A DNA stretch of 20,226 nucleotides from an uncultured bacterium. GTDB lineage: Bacteria; Schekmanbacteria; GWA2-38-11; J061. Shown here in pieces: positions 1 through 8,384 of the stretch. The position numbers and the translations under genes are program-made. The notes under the pieces were generated by a model. That model saw nothing but the letters and a program-made list of their open reading frames with translations. It was not told the origin of the DNA and searched no databases. The stretch is taken from positions 1 to 20,226 of the forward strand of contig CAZJVM010000036.1 in NCBI GenBank assembly GCA_964549305.1, read 5' to 3'. Position 1 is the first letter of the stretch. The number at the start of each line of letters is the position of its first letter.

Positions 1-2
1 GG

Positions 3-176
3 TCAGGCGGAAGGAAGTCTGTTTACGGCATCAGGGGTATTAATGGAATCGAATCGGATATAATGCTTTACGGTCCTTCGGAAGATATGCTTCTTCCCGG
101 ATTGATTGAAACGAATAATTTAAAGAGAATAAAGAAAAAAAGCAAACCGGCGCCTCTCCCTCCTCCGCACCCGTAG
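3..176 (+). CDS. 3' end of a CDS truncated by the window edge (hypothetical protein)
   Basis: Frame 3 is open from base 3 to TAG at 174-176 and reads SGGRKSVYGIRGINGIESDIMLYGPSEDMLLPGLIETNNLKRIKKKSKPAPLPPPHP*. It is co-oriented with the downstream genes and is absent from the ORF track. Confidence 0.65.
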   Translation, partial: SGGRKSVYGIRGINGIESDIMLYGPSEDMLLPGLIETNNLKRIKKKSKPAPLPPPHP

Positions 177-222
177 ATTTGAAAATGATTTTATCAAATT
201 CCCTGAAGGGATTATGTGAAAA

Positions 223-762
223 ATGAAGGTTAAAATCGTTATATTTCTCTTTGTTTTTTTGTTTATTGTGATTTCTTTTTCACGAGTTGACGCATTGAAT
301 AATGAAAAATGCGTCTATGCGAGATTCAAAACCGCCGCAATAGGTTCAGGAAAAATCAGTTATCCCGCAAAGTGGAAAAAGGTGAGACATAACAGGAAGA
401 AGGAAATTGTTCTGATTTTGAAAAAAAACAGGACATCAATGGTTTACTTCGCGGGAATCAATACAATCCCCCTTGTACTCACACTTCGATATATGACGCG
501 ATATTTCAGAAAATCTGAAGTTAAATCCGGGAAGATTCCTCTTTCCCCGGTAAAAAAGTTTATTACCTGCTCGGGCACTGAGGGATATTCTTTTTATGTT
601 AAAAGTTTTTTCGATAACGGCAGGTCCTTTTACCAATATTATATTTATCTCGTAGATGAGAGCGGGAAACTCTATCAGGTGATTTTTTCTTCAACAGCAA
701 AGAAGAATTACAAAAAACCGAGGTCACAAAAAATCTTAAAAAGCATAAATTTTGCACAGTAA
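223..762 (+). CDS. Exported, highly basic protein, probably PsbP/DcrB-like fold
   Basis: N-terminal signal peptide (MKVK, hydrophobic core, VDA). 'ISYPAKW' near the mature N-terminus and a C-terminal 'KLYQVIFSS...KILKSINF' resemble PsbP-related proteins. Only 2 bp separate it from the next ORF. Confidence 0.55.
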   Translation: MKVKIVIFLFVFLFIVISFSRVDALNNEKCVYARFKTAAIGSGKISYPAKWKKVRHNRKKEIVLILKKNRTSMVYFAGINTIPLVLTLRYMTRYFRKSEVKSGKIPLSPVKKFITCSGTEGYSFYVKSFFDNGRSFYQYYIYLVDESGKLYQVIFSSTAKKNYKKPRSQKILKSINFAQ

Positions 763-764
763 TT

Positions 765-3260
765 ATGATTGTTCCTCCCATAAAACCGATTTTTTCTTTC
801 ACGTTGATTATCCTTCTCATATTCCCTTTTAAGCTTTGCGCGCAAAGCGGTTTTAATTTATGGAGAAACACCAGTCCTCCGGGACAGGGCAATGTCATAT
901 CCGTGGACTGCGATTTCAGGAAGGGAAGAATTTATGCCGCAGAGGAAACTGAGGGACTCTTCCTGAGTTTAAACAAAGGCAGGGACTGGAAAAAAATACT
1001 GGATTCAGCGGGGTTATTCAATTATTCGGTGACAGTGAAGGTTTCCGTGAAAGAGGAAGGAGTCGTCTATTACGCGGTGCAGGATGCCCTTTACAGAAGC
1101 GATGACTACGGCAAAAACTGGAATGAGGCGCTTGAATATAAAAACGGTAAAATCGTGTCTATGGATATATCGCCTCTTTCGGGAAAGGTTTTTGTCGCAG
1201 ACAGAAAGCATATAACTCTTGTTAAAGGTGATAGCGAAGAGACGATATTTTCCGTGAAAGAACGAACGAGAGAACGCATCAGAAGCATTCACGCGGATTT
1301 CTATATTGTTTCACGCCTGTATATTGTTTTCGAAAGGGGGAATACGGCGGTTTTGTCACTGAAGAAGGGGAAATGGAGAAGGGAAGATATTAAATCGGAG
1401 CAAAAGATAAACACGATTGCCCCTGATCCGTGGACACCGGGGAAAATTTATGCAGTTGCCGGAAACACCATACTCGAAAAGAAGGATAACGAAAAGGAAT
1501 GGCACAACAGAGGTATTATAAAAGATTTGAACAACTCCCCCTGTCTTCCGTCTTCATTTTTTATTTCAAAACGGCATAAGGGGTTTATGCTCATATCCTA
1601 TAAAGGATGCGGTGTGTATATGAGCAGGGATAAGGGGAAAAACTGGTGGGTTGTATCTGCGGAGAAGTATTTTTTTAGTGCCTTTTCCGATAGTTTGGGC
1701 GGAGGAGAAATTATTTCTGCTACAAGCGGTGACGGTATATTCATATGGGATTTAAAGGATTCCGTCTGGCGAAAGCGAAATATCATAGGAGGTTACATTG
1801 AAAGTTTTTCAAGAGGCGCAGTGGAAAATGAGGAAGTCTTTGCCGTAACATATTCGGGAAGAGTTTTTAAAAGTCCGGATTGCGGAAACACCTGGAAGGA
1901 AATATCTCAGCGAGGAATCCGTTTTTTTTGTGCAGTATCCTTTTTAAAGGGCAAAAAGAAATATGAGATTGCCATAGATGCGGAAAATTACATTTTTATA
2001 CGCGAAGATGGAAAAAATGAATGGGGTAAAAGCGGAAATGCAGGAGTAAAAATTCTTTCCTTATATGGTACGAAAAATGGTGTTTACGCGCTGACGGACA
2101 AAAAAATCATTTACTCATCGCAAGGCAAAGAATGGACGGAAGTTTTTTCAACTGATGAATCAAAGAGCATTATAGATGCAAAAGTAATTTTTCCGCGCAA
2201 GAGAAAGCTTATGTTTATATGTAAAAATACAATATATGTTGCCGGAGCAGGTGCAATACGCGAAAAAGTTGTCTTTACTCCCTCCCATTTCAAACTTCTT
2301 TCAGCGGTTGTCAGCAAGGACGGCACAATTTATGCTGTTTCACGGGATGAAGACGTAATTTACGAAAAAAGCGGAGAAAATGCCCAATGGAAAAAGATCG
2401 CCGATTACCCGCGTGATATAATCCCCTCGCAACTTCTCATATACAAAAATAAGGGAGTCGATTTCTATATTTTAGATGAGGGGGGCAGTCTTTATCAAAA
2501 ACCGGGCAACGCGGACAACTGGTATCGCATTTATGAAAACGATTATCCTCTTTCAACAGCGCGACTTTATGGATTCAATAATGGAAAGAGGGTTGTGCTT
2601 TTCAATGATTATGAAGGAATACTTGAAAAGAGACGGGGATATTCATTCTATCTGGGAATACCCGGTAACGGTTGGCGCGCGAAAATGGTTTCCTTCCCTT
2701 TTGAAGCGGATAAACCGGGGAAAAATATTCGACTGGATAAGTATATCAGCGGAAGGTGGCAACTCTATTCCGCGGGCAAGGACGGCAGGTATAAAAAAAT
2801 CAAATATGTCAATTCGCTGAAAAGAGATAAGGGATACTGGTTGCTTTATTCAGGAAATGTGAGAGGGAAAATACCGTCTAATCCCCCGCGAAATATATCC
2901 TGTGTGGTTTCTGTCATTGGTGAAGGGTGGAATATGGTTGCAAATCCCTTTCCCGCTAAAATCAGAATTTCTCAGATAAAGGCAAAGGCGAAAAATGGCG
3001 AAGCGGTGACTCTCCTTTCACGAAATAATATTGTCACATCACGCGGTGTTTGGATATGGGACGGCGCGAAAAAGAAATATGTCTCCCACTGTAAAATCAG
3101 AGCAGGTGAATCATTTTGGATTGAAAATGTAAGTGGCAGCAACGCAAAACTTATTTTTAACTCCGTTCATGATAAGAGGTTTAAAAAAAGAGCTATTAAA
3201 AACCGCCGGCATAGGAGTAAAGAACTTTTCAATTCAATTCCTCCTCAACCGCGGTTATAG
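765..3260 (+). CDS. Secreted Asp-box (BNR)/VPS10-Ycf48-like beta-propeller protein with a duplicated C-terminal module
   Basis: Signal peptide ending LCA|Q. Repeated Asp-box-like motifs: SLNKGRDW, SDDYGKNW, SRDKGKNW, SPDCGNTW, SSQGKEW. The C-terminal region has two related segments, GWRAKMVSFPF...KGYWLL and GWNMVANPF...GESFWIE. Confidence 0.75.
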   Translation: MIVPPIKPIFSFTLIILLIFPFKLCAQSGFNLWRNTSPPGQGNVISVDCDFRKGRIYAAEETEGLFLSLNKGRDWKKILDSAGLFNYSVTVKVSVKEEGVVYYAVQDALYRSDDYGKNWNEALEYKNGKIVSMDISPLSGKVFVADRKHITLVKGDSEETIFSVKERTRERIRSIHADFYIVSRLYIVFERGNTAVLSLKKGKWRREDIKSEQKINTIAPDPWTPGKIYAVAGNTILEKKDNEKEWHNRGIIKDLNNSPCLPSSFFISKRHKGFMLISYKGCGVYMSRDKGKNWWVVSAEKYFFSAFSDSLGGGEIISATSGDGIFIWDLKDSVWRKRNIIGGYIESFSRGAVENEEVFAVTYSGRVFKSPDCGNTWKEISQRGIRFFCAVSFLKGKKKYEIAIDAENYIFIREDGKNEWGKSGNAGVKILSLYGTKNGVYALTDKKIIYSSQGKEWTEVFSTDESKSIIDAKVIFPRKRKLMFICKNTIYVAGAGAIREKVVFTPSHFKLLSAVVSKDGTIYAVSRDEDVIYEKSGENAQWKKIADYPRDIIPSQLLIYKNKGVDFYILDEGGSLYQKPGNADNWYRIYENDYPLSTARLYGFNNGKRVVLFNDYEGILEKRRGYSFYLGIPGNGWRAKMVSFPFEADKPGKNIRLDKYISGRWQLYSAGKDGRYKKIKYVNSLKRDKGYWLLYSGNVRGKIPSNPPRNISCVVSVIGEGWNMVANPFPAKIRISQIKAKAKNGEAVTLLSRNNIVTSRGVWIWDGAKKKYVSHCKIRAGESFWIENVSGSNAKLIFNSVHDKRFKKRAIKNRRHRSKELFNSIPPQPRL

Positions 3261-3381
3261 ATTTAATGACAATTCTTCGATGAATTAACCTTGTAATAAT
3301 TAAATAAGTTGTCATATGATTATAAAAAAAAGCTGTGTCCTTATATTTTTAAAAAGATATTTGCCTGCGGAGCGAGAAAAT

Positions 3382-4155
3382 ATGGTTTTAAAGAAACGCA
3401 GCATAGCTTTAACATTCCTTACTTTATTTTTATCACTTTTTTGTTTCTCTTCTTATTCATTTTCCGCCGCACTTCCCGACGATAAGGGCATTTTTTCGGT
3501 AACCTATGTAATTGACGGCGATACCGTTGTCCTTAAAAACGGAGATAAGGTGCGATATCTCGGAATCAATACCCCTGAAAGAAATGAATTCTTTTACAAG
3601 CAAGCCCGAAATTTCAATATAAAGATGCTTGCGGGAAAGAAAATCAGACTTGAAATCTGTCCTGAACAAAAAAGGGATAAATACGGACGCCTTCTCGCGA
3701 CGGTTTTTGCTGACGGGGTAAATGTTTGCCGTGAACTTGTAAAAGGAGGATTCGCGCGCGTTTTGTCAATACCTCCCTGCGCGAAGGATAAGCATCGGGA
3801 ATATTCAGCGCTTCAAAAATCCGCAATATTACAAAAAGTGGGATTGTGGAAAGGTGAAAAGATAATAACTTGCGATGAGGCAAAAAAATATACAGGTGAA
3901 AGAATATCCGTCACAGGAAAAGTTTTGGAATTCCATAAAGGTAAAAAAGCCATCTTTTTCAATTTTGGCAAGGATTACAGGAATGACTTTTCATTTGTCG
4001 TTTTTTTAAAGTATCTTGATAACTTCACAAAATTCGGCATTAATCCGGTAAGTGAATATCCGGGACACATGGTGATGGTAAGAGGGGTAGTTAAGGAATA
4101 TAACGGGCCTGAAATACTAATCTTTTATCCTTCAGATGTTGCAGTGCTTGACTGA
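3382..4155 (+). CDS. Secreted thermonuclease (SNase-like) with a C-terminal OB-fold domain
   Basis: SNase motifs VIDGDT, VRYLGINTPE, DKYGRLLA, LVKGGFA and GLW. C-terminal OB-like segment GERISVTGKV...FFNFGKDY...VRGVVKEYNGPEI. ATG 3382 is preferred over 3316 because it has GGAG/GAG upstream and gives a clean signal peptide. Confidence 0.88.
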   Translation: MVLKKRSIALTFLTLFLSLFCFSSYSFSAALPDDKGIFSVTYVIDGDTVVLKNGDKVRYLGINTPERNEFFYKQARNFNIKMLAGKKIRLEICPEQKRDKYGRLLATVFADGVNVCRELVKGGFARVLSIPPCAKDKHREYSALQKSAILQKVGLWKGEKIITCDEAKKYTGERISVTGKVLEFHKGKKAIFFNFGKDYRNDFSFVVFLKYLDNFTKFGINPVSEYPGHMVMVRGVVKEYNGPEILIFYPSDVAVLD

Positions 4156-4184
4156 ATTTTAAAAAGTTGTTCGGGAAATAAAAA

Positions 4185-5123
4185 ATGCAGACAGGTATTG
4201 TCATAGGCGACATCTTCAAAGAGCATAAAACGGGGACTGTCCATCCGGAAAGCCCGAGGCGACTTGATGCGATTCTTGACGGGCTTCAGTGCGGAGGAAT
4301 ATATAAAGAGCTTTTTCAAATAGATTTCGGCAAAGCAGAAAAAGAAAGCATTGCCGAAATACATGACGCCGGTTACATTTCAAGAATAGACGAATCCTGC
4401 AGAAGCGGAGCTTCCTTCATAGATTCAGTTGATACCGCCGTATCGGTGAAGTCATATGAAGTCGCCCTCTACGCGACGGGCGGTGTCATTGCCGCTTCTG
4501 ACGCAGTCGCTGACAAAACCGTAAAGAATGCTTTTTGCGCCGTCAGACCTCCTGGGCATCACTCCGAGGCATCGATGGCTTTGGGGTTTTGCCTTTTCAA
4601 CAATGTTGCCGTTGCGGCGCGCCACATCCAAAAGAAGCAGGGATTTAAAAACATTCTCATAGTGGATTGGGATGTACATCACGGAAACGGAACTCAGCAT
4701 GTTTTTTACGACGATTCTTCTGTCCTGTATTTCAGTATTCACCAGTCACCACATTATCCCGGTACGGGAATGGAGAATGAAACAGGGAAGGGTAGGGGTG
4801 AAGGATATAACATTAATTACCCTGTGCCTTCCGGTTACGGAGACGCCGAATATACGGAAATATTCAAAAGAGTTCTTGTTCCCGCTTCCCATTCCTTTAA
4901 GCCGGATTTCGTGTTCATTTCCTGCGGGTTTGACCCGCATATGAATGACCCTCTTTCGGGAATGAAGTTAAGCGCAGGAGGGTTTGGGAAACTTACGGAA
5001 ATCGTGAAAAGAATTGCCGACGATTTCTGCGAAGGAAGAATCGTGTCCGTCCTTGAAGGCGGATATGACTATGACGGATTGCGTGATAGCTCTGCAATAC
5101 ATTTAGAAAAACTTATAGACTGA
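4185..5123 (+). CDS. Histone deacetylase family (Zn-dependent amidohydrolase, class II-like)
   Basis: Motifs HPESPRRL, RPPGHH, GFCLFNN, DWDVHHGNGTQ, GFDPHMNDPL and LEGGY are all intact. Confidence 0.95.
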   Translation: MQTGIVIGDIFKEHKTGTVHPESPRRLDAILDGLQCGGIYKELFQIDFGKAEKESIAEIHDAGYISRIDESCRSGASFIDSVDTAVSVKSYEVALYATGGVIAASDAVADKTVKNAFCAVRPPGHHSEASMALGFCLFNNVAVAARHIQKKQGFKNILIVDWDVHHGNGTQHVFYDDSSVLYFSIHQSPHYPGTGMENETGKGRGEGYNINYPVPSGYGDAEYTEIFKRVLVPASHSFKPDFVFISCGFDPHMNDPLSGMKLSAGGFGKLTEIVKRIADDFCEGRIVSVLEGGYDYDGLRDSSAIHLEKLID

Positions 5124-5224
5124 GAAAAAATGGGATTGTTCTTCAAAAAAAATCTGAATGAAGAGGAATACGGGGCGCTTTGTTCCCATGACGGGAAAAG
5201 TCCGGGAAAAAGTCAAATAAATGC

Positions 5225-5253
5225 TTGTAGGCAAAAAAAAAATAATATATATT
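5225..5253 (+). promoter_or_regulatory. Candidate sigma70 promoter for the Zn-finger/TPR genes
   Basis: TTGTAG (5225-5230), a 17-bp spacer containing A10, then TATATT (5248-5253), 53 bp upstream of ATG 5307. Confidence 0.3.
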
Positions 5254-5306
5254 TAAAATTTATTGTTTGGATGACTTAGGGTTAACTATCAGGACAAGGG
5301 TAAATA

Positions 5307-5618
5307 ATGCACGATTGCGACAACTTAAAATGCTTTAAATGTGGAATGGATATTGGGCCCGGCGATACCCGTTACAGGGTAAATGTAAGAATTGAGTCGG
5401 ATTTCGACGGATTTATCGGCGAAGAGGAAGACAGCGATGACACAATCAATGACCTTATAAGGCAGATAGAATCCAGCAGACAGGAAGAGCTTGAAGATGG
5501 GGTCTATGAAGAGATGAATTTTATACTTTGCGTTAACTGCAGGGAAATGTTCAGAGGCGAAGTTACGGGGATGTATGCCGGATACAGCGGCATACCCGGA
5601 AAGATGAAATGGCAGTAA
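5307..5618 (+). CDS. Small acidic protein with a split Zn-binding site (CxxC...CxxC), function unknown
   Basis: CFKC near the N-terminus and CVNC near the C-terminus flank an acidic core (EEEDSDD, EELED). AAGGG RBS lies upstream. Confidence 0.75.
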   Translation: MHDCDNLKCFKCGMDIGPGDTRYRVNVRIESDFDGFIGEEEDSDDTINDLIRQIESSRQEELEDGVYEEMNFILCVNCREMFRGEVTGMYAGYSGIPGKMKWQ

Positions 5619-5675
5619 TTTTTTGTCATTATGCAACTTCAAAACTTTAAAAACAGATTTACGGAGGATTTTGTG

Positions 5676-6737
5676 ATGAGAAGATTTTTTTCGGTAATTA
5701 TGATGTTTGCTCTTGTAATTGCTGCGTTTACTGCTTGTGAAACTGTGCCTGAAGTGCCTGATCCGAGCGGTTTTTATATGAAAGCAAAGATTGATTTTGA
5801 CGCAAAACGATATGAGCAGGCAATTAAGTCTTATCAGAAAGGACTGGAAGTGAAACCGGGCGATGCTGACGGTCTCTTCGGAGTTGCTCTTTCCTATTTC
5901 AAGCTTGAGAAATATCCTGAAGCCGATGCCGGATTCAGAAAAGTACTTGAAGTTCAACCCGATTATAAGGAAGTCCATACTTATCTGGGGAAAATATATC
6001 TTGTCAACAAACAGTACGCGGAGGCAATTCAGGAATTTCAGAAGGAACTTGAAATAAATCCCGGTAATGTTGACGCTGTCTACTCTCTTGGCACTACCGC
6101 CTACCAGGAAAAGCAGTATGAATTGGCAAACAATTCATTCGAACAATACATTACGATTCTCACTAACAAAATAACGGAGTCCGAGGCGGAACTTGCGAAG
6201 AAAAAAGACGAAAAAGAAATCGCGGAATGGAAGGACTATATACTTACGGTTAAGAAGGAAAGGGTGAAATTTCAGCAGTATAACGGATATTGTTGTATGT
6301 TTTTGAATCGCCTCGATGATGCCGTTGCAAATCTTCAAAAGGTGCTTGAGTTTAGTCCAAATGATGTTTACACACTGCTTAATATAGGACAGATTTATTT
6401 TAGCCAGGGGAATACCGAAAAAGCTCTTGAGAATTTTAACAAAGCAGCGGAAATCGAACCCGAAAATGAAACGGCATTGTTTAAGGCAGGTTCCGTTTAC
6501 TATCAGGAAAATGATTTTGACAATGCCTTGTTAAAGCTCAATAAGACTATAAATGTGAATAACGACAACCTTGAAGCGCACAGACTCCTTGGTTGGATTT
6601 ACTTCAGGGAAAAGAAGGATTTTGACAATGCTCTGATTCACCTTAAAGAGGTGAAAAAGATTAATCCGCAGTACAGAGATATAGCTGAAATAGAAAAGCT
6701 TATTTCATTTATTGAAAAGTCAAAAAGCGGGAAATAA
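5676..6737 (+). CDS. Tetratricopeptide-repeat lipoprotein
   Basis: GGAGG at 5663-5667 precedes GTG 5673/ATG 5676. Lipoprotein signal MRRFFSVIMMFALVIAAFTA|C. Multiple TPR units, e.g. VHTYLGKIYLVNKQYAEAIQEFQKELEINP and TLLNIGQIYFSQGNTEKALENFNKAAEIEP. Confidence 0.9.
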   Translation: MRRFFSVIMMFALVIAAFTACETVPEVPDPSGFYMKAKIDFDAKRYEQAIKSYQKGLEVKPGDADGLFGVALSYFKLEKYPEADAGFRKVLEVQPDYKEVHTYLGKIYLVNKQYAEAIQEFQKELEINPGNVDAVYSLGTTAYQEKQYELANNSFEQYITILTNKITESEAELAKKKDEKEIAEWKDYILTVKKERVKFQQYNGYCCMFLNRLDDAVANLQKVLEFSPNDVYTLLNIGQIYFSQGNTEKALENFNKAAEIEPENETALFKAGSVYYQENDFDNALLKLNKTINVNNDNLEAHRLLGWIYFREKKDFDNALIHLKEVKKINPQYRDIAEIEKLISFIEKSKSGK

Positions 6738-6767
6738 CCGAATAGAGCAAATTCCTTTTAAAAGGTG

Positions 6768-6805
6768 AAATGGTTTTTGAATGCTTGGAATTCAATGCCA
6801 TTTTT
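6768..6805 (+). terminator. Possible intrinsic terminator/hairpin after the TPR gene
   Basis: AAATGG (6768-6773) pairs with CCATTT (6798-6803), and TTGAAT (6777-6782) pairs with ATTCAA (6790-6795), ending in a T run. The stem is AT-rich and interrupted. Confidence 0.3.
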
Positions 6806-6971
6806 AAGGTTGCGCGGTAAAATTATTCGTGAAAGCATCATAGAAACAAGGTCATATTTTATTATAAATGATATCCTCTGTCCGGAAATATGGGATTGGC
6901 AAGTTAACCGCTTTTAATTGGAAAATCCCTGTGTCCGTGAGCTTTTCAAAAAATTAATTCGCGATACAGGA

Positions 6972-8384
6972 ATGAAAAACAGTACAATCAGAAATTGTTT
7001 TGTTTTTGATAAATTTGTTGCTGACTGCTTTTCCATAGTTACATCATTTATTGTTGCCTATATTATCAGGTATATAATTCAGGACCCTATTTACTATCAG
7101 GCAATAAGCTCCTATTATGATGAATTTTCCATAGGCATCGGCGCCTGGATTTTTTTTATGATCAGGGCTGACCTCTACCGGCATAAGGCCCAGTTATTCA
7201 GATTTGACGAATTCTTTACAGTATTGGGTGTCGGTATTGTTGCCACTCTTTCAATGTTTTCCTATATGTCGCTCGTAAAAGAAACGGAATACGCCCGGCT
7301 TACATTTATCTACTCCGGAGGAATCGGAATCGTATTTGTTTCCACATCGAGGGCATTCCTGCATATGGCGCATAATCGTCTCAGAAGAAACGGATTTGGC
7401 GTGATAAACGTTCTTATTGTTGGAGGAGGGCGCTCAGGGCAGATGCTTGAAAATAAAATCAGAAATCATCCCGAAATAGGGTATAGGATAATAGGCACTC
7501 TCAAGGAAGAGTTTATAGACAGATCGGAGAGCAACAGGGAATCCGTCAAGAAAAGCAATAATACAAATACGGCAAAAAAACTTCTTGATGCCACATTTAA
7601 TTTCATAGAGCGTAATCCCGTTAGCGAGATAATCTACATCAGGTCAAGAAGCTACAAGGAAGATATGATGAAACTTTTGTATTTCTGCGAAGACAGAAAC
7701 ATACGCCTCACTCTTGTCCCTGACCTTTTTGAAATAATGACAAAGAAAGTGGATTTTTCCGATCTTGGAAACATTCCGGTTATGCGTCTGAAACAAAAAG
7801 CGACAACGTTGGGATATACGATTTTTAAAAGGTTGCTCGATGTAATTCTTTCCTCTGTTGGAATCATTCTGCTTTCTCCTTTTATCATCGCGGTCATCAT
7901 CATTATAAAAATGGATTCTCCGGGACCGGCAATTTTCAGACAGGAGAGAATAGGAAAAAACGGTAATCCTTTCACAATGTATAAATTCAGATCAATGCAG
8001 ACGTATGCCGCAAGTCTTCCTCCTACAAGGGCGGACGAAGACGATCCCCGTATGACGAGAAGCGGCAAGTATCTGCGAAAATTCAGTATAGATGAGCTTC
8101 CCCAGTTGTTAAACGTTTTGAAGGGCGATATGATGCTAATAGGCCCCAGGCCGGAAACTGCGTTATATGTTGACCAGTATACAAGCTGGCAAAGAAGGCG
8201 CCTTGAAATTACTCCCGGCATTACGGGACTTGCTCAGGTTAACGGCGTGAGAGGAAACATCGATTCCGTGGATGAAAGAGTTATGTATGATATTGAATAT
8301 ATCGAGAATCAGAACATTATACTGGATTTAAAAATTCTTCTTGCCACTCTGCTTGTTTTCCCTTTTCAGGGGAAAGCGGGTTGA
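6972..8384 (+). CDS. Polyprenyl-phosphate glycosylphosphotransferase (WcaJ/WbaP-type priming sugar transferase)
   Basis: Four N-terminal TM helices, a Rossmann-like VLIVGGGRSG segment, then the catalytic domain KRLLDV...FRQERIG...MYKFRSM...LRKFSIDELPQLLNVLKGDMMLIGPRPE...PGITGLAQV. The start is uncertain (ATG 6972 or TTG 6918). Confidence 0.93.
   Translation: MKNSTIRNCFVFDKFVADCFSIVTSFIVAYIIRYIIQDPIYYQAISSYYDEFSIGIGAWIFFMIRADLYRHKAQLFRFDEFFTVLGVGIVATLSMFSYMSLVKETEYARLTFIYSGGIGIVFVSTSRAFLHMAHNRLRRNGFGVINVLIVGGGRSGQMLENKIRNHPEIGYRIIGTLKEEFIDRSESNRESVKKSNNTNTAKKLLDATFNFIERNPVSEIIYIRSRSYKEDMMKLLYFCEDRNIRLTLVPDLFEIMTKKVDFSDLGNIPVMRLKQKATTLGYTIFKRLLDVILSSVGIILLSPFIIAVIIIIKMDSPGPAIFRQERIGKNGNPFTMYKFRSMQTYAASLPPTRADEDDPRMTRSGKYLRKFSIDELPQLLNVLKGDMMLIGPRPETALYVDQYTSWQRRRLEITPGITGLAQVNGVRGNIDSVDERVMYDIEYIENQNIILDLKILLATLLVFPFQGKAG

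Noticed and set aside
200-222. ATG-TGA minimal ORF (214-219) and a small hairpin over the RBS of the 179-aa gene
   Set aside because: A 4-bp stem and a start-stop hexamer are expected by chance, and there is no other support.
5130-5279. 49-aa ORF MGLFFKKNLNEEEYGALCSHDG...WMT in the HDAC/Zn-finger gap
   Set aside because: No clear RBS or motif, and it runs through an A-tract/promoter-like region, so it is probably spurious.
5325-5978. 217-aa minus-strand ORF
   Set aside because: Antisense shadow of two well-supported + strand genes, with no recognisable motifs.
6754-6765. 12-bp palindrome CCTTTTAAAAGG
   Set aside because: Single low-complexity occurrence in AT-rich DNA with no assignable role.
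7652-8221. 189-aa minus-strand ORF (and the other short antisense/alternate-frame ORFs in the track)
   Set aside because: They lie fully inside conserved genes on the opposite strand or in another frame and show no protein signatures.
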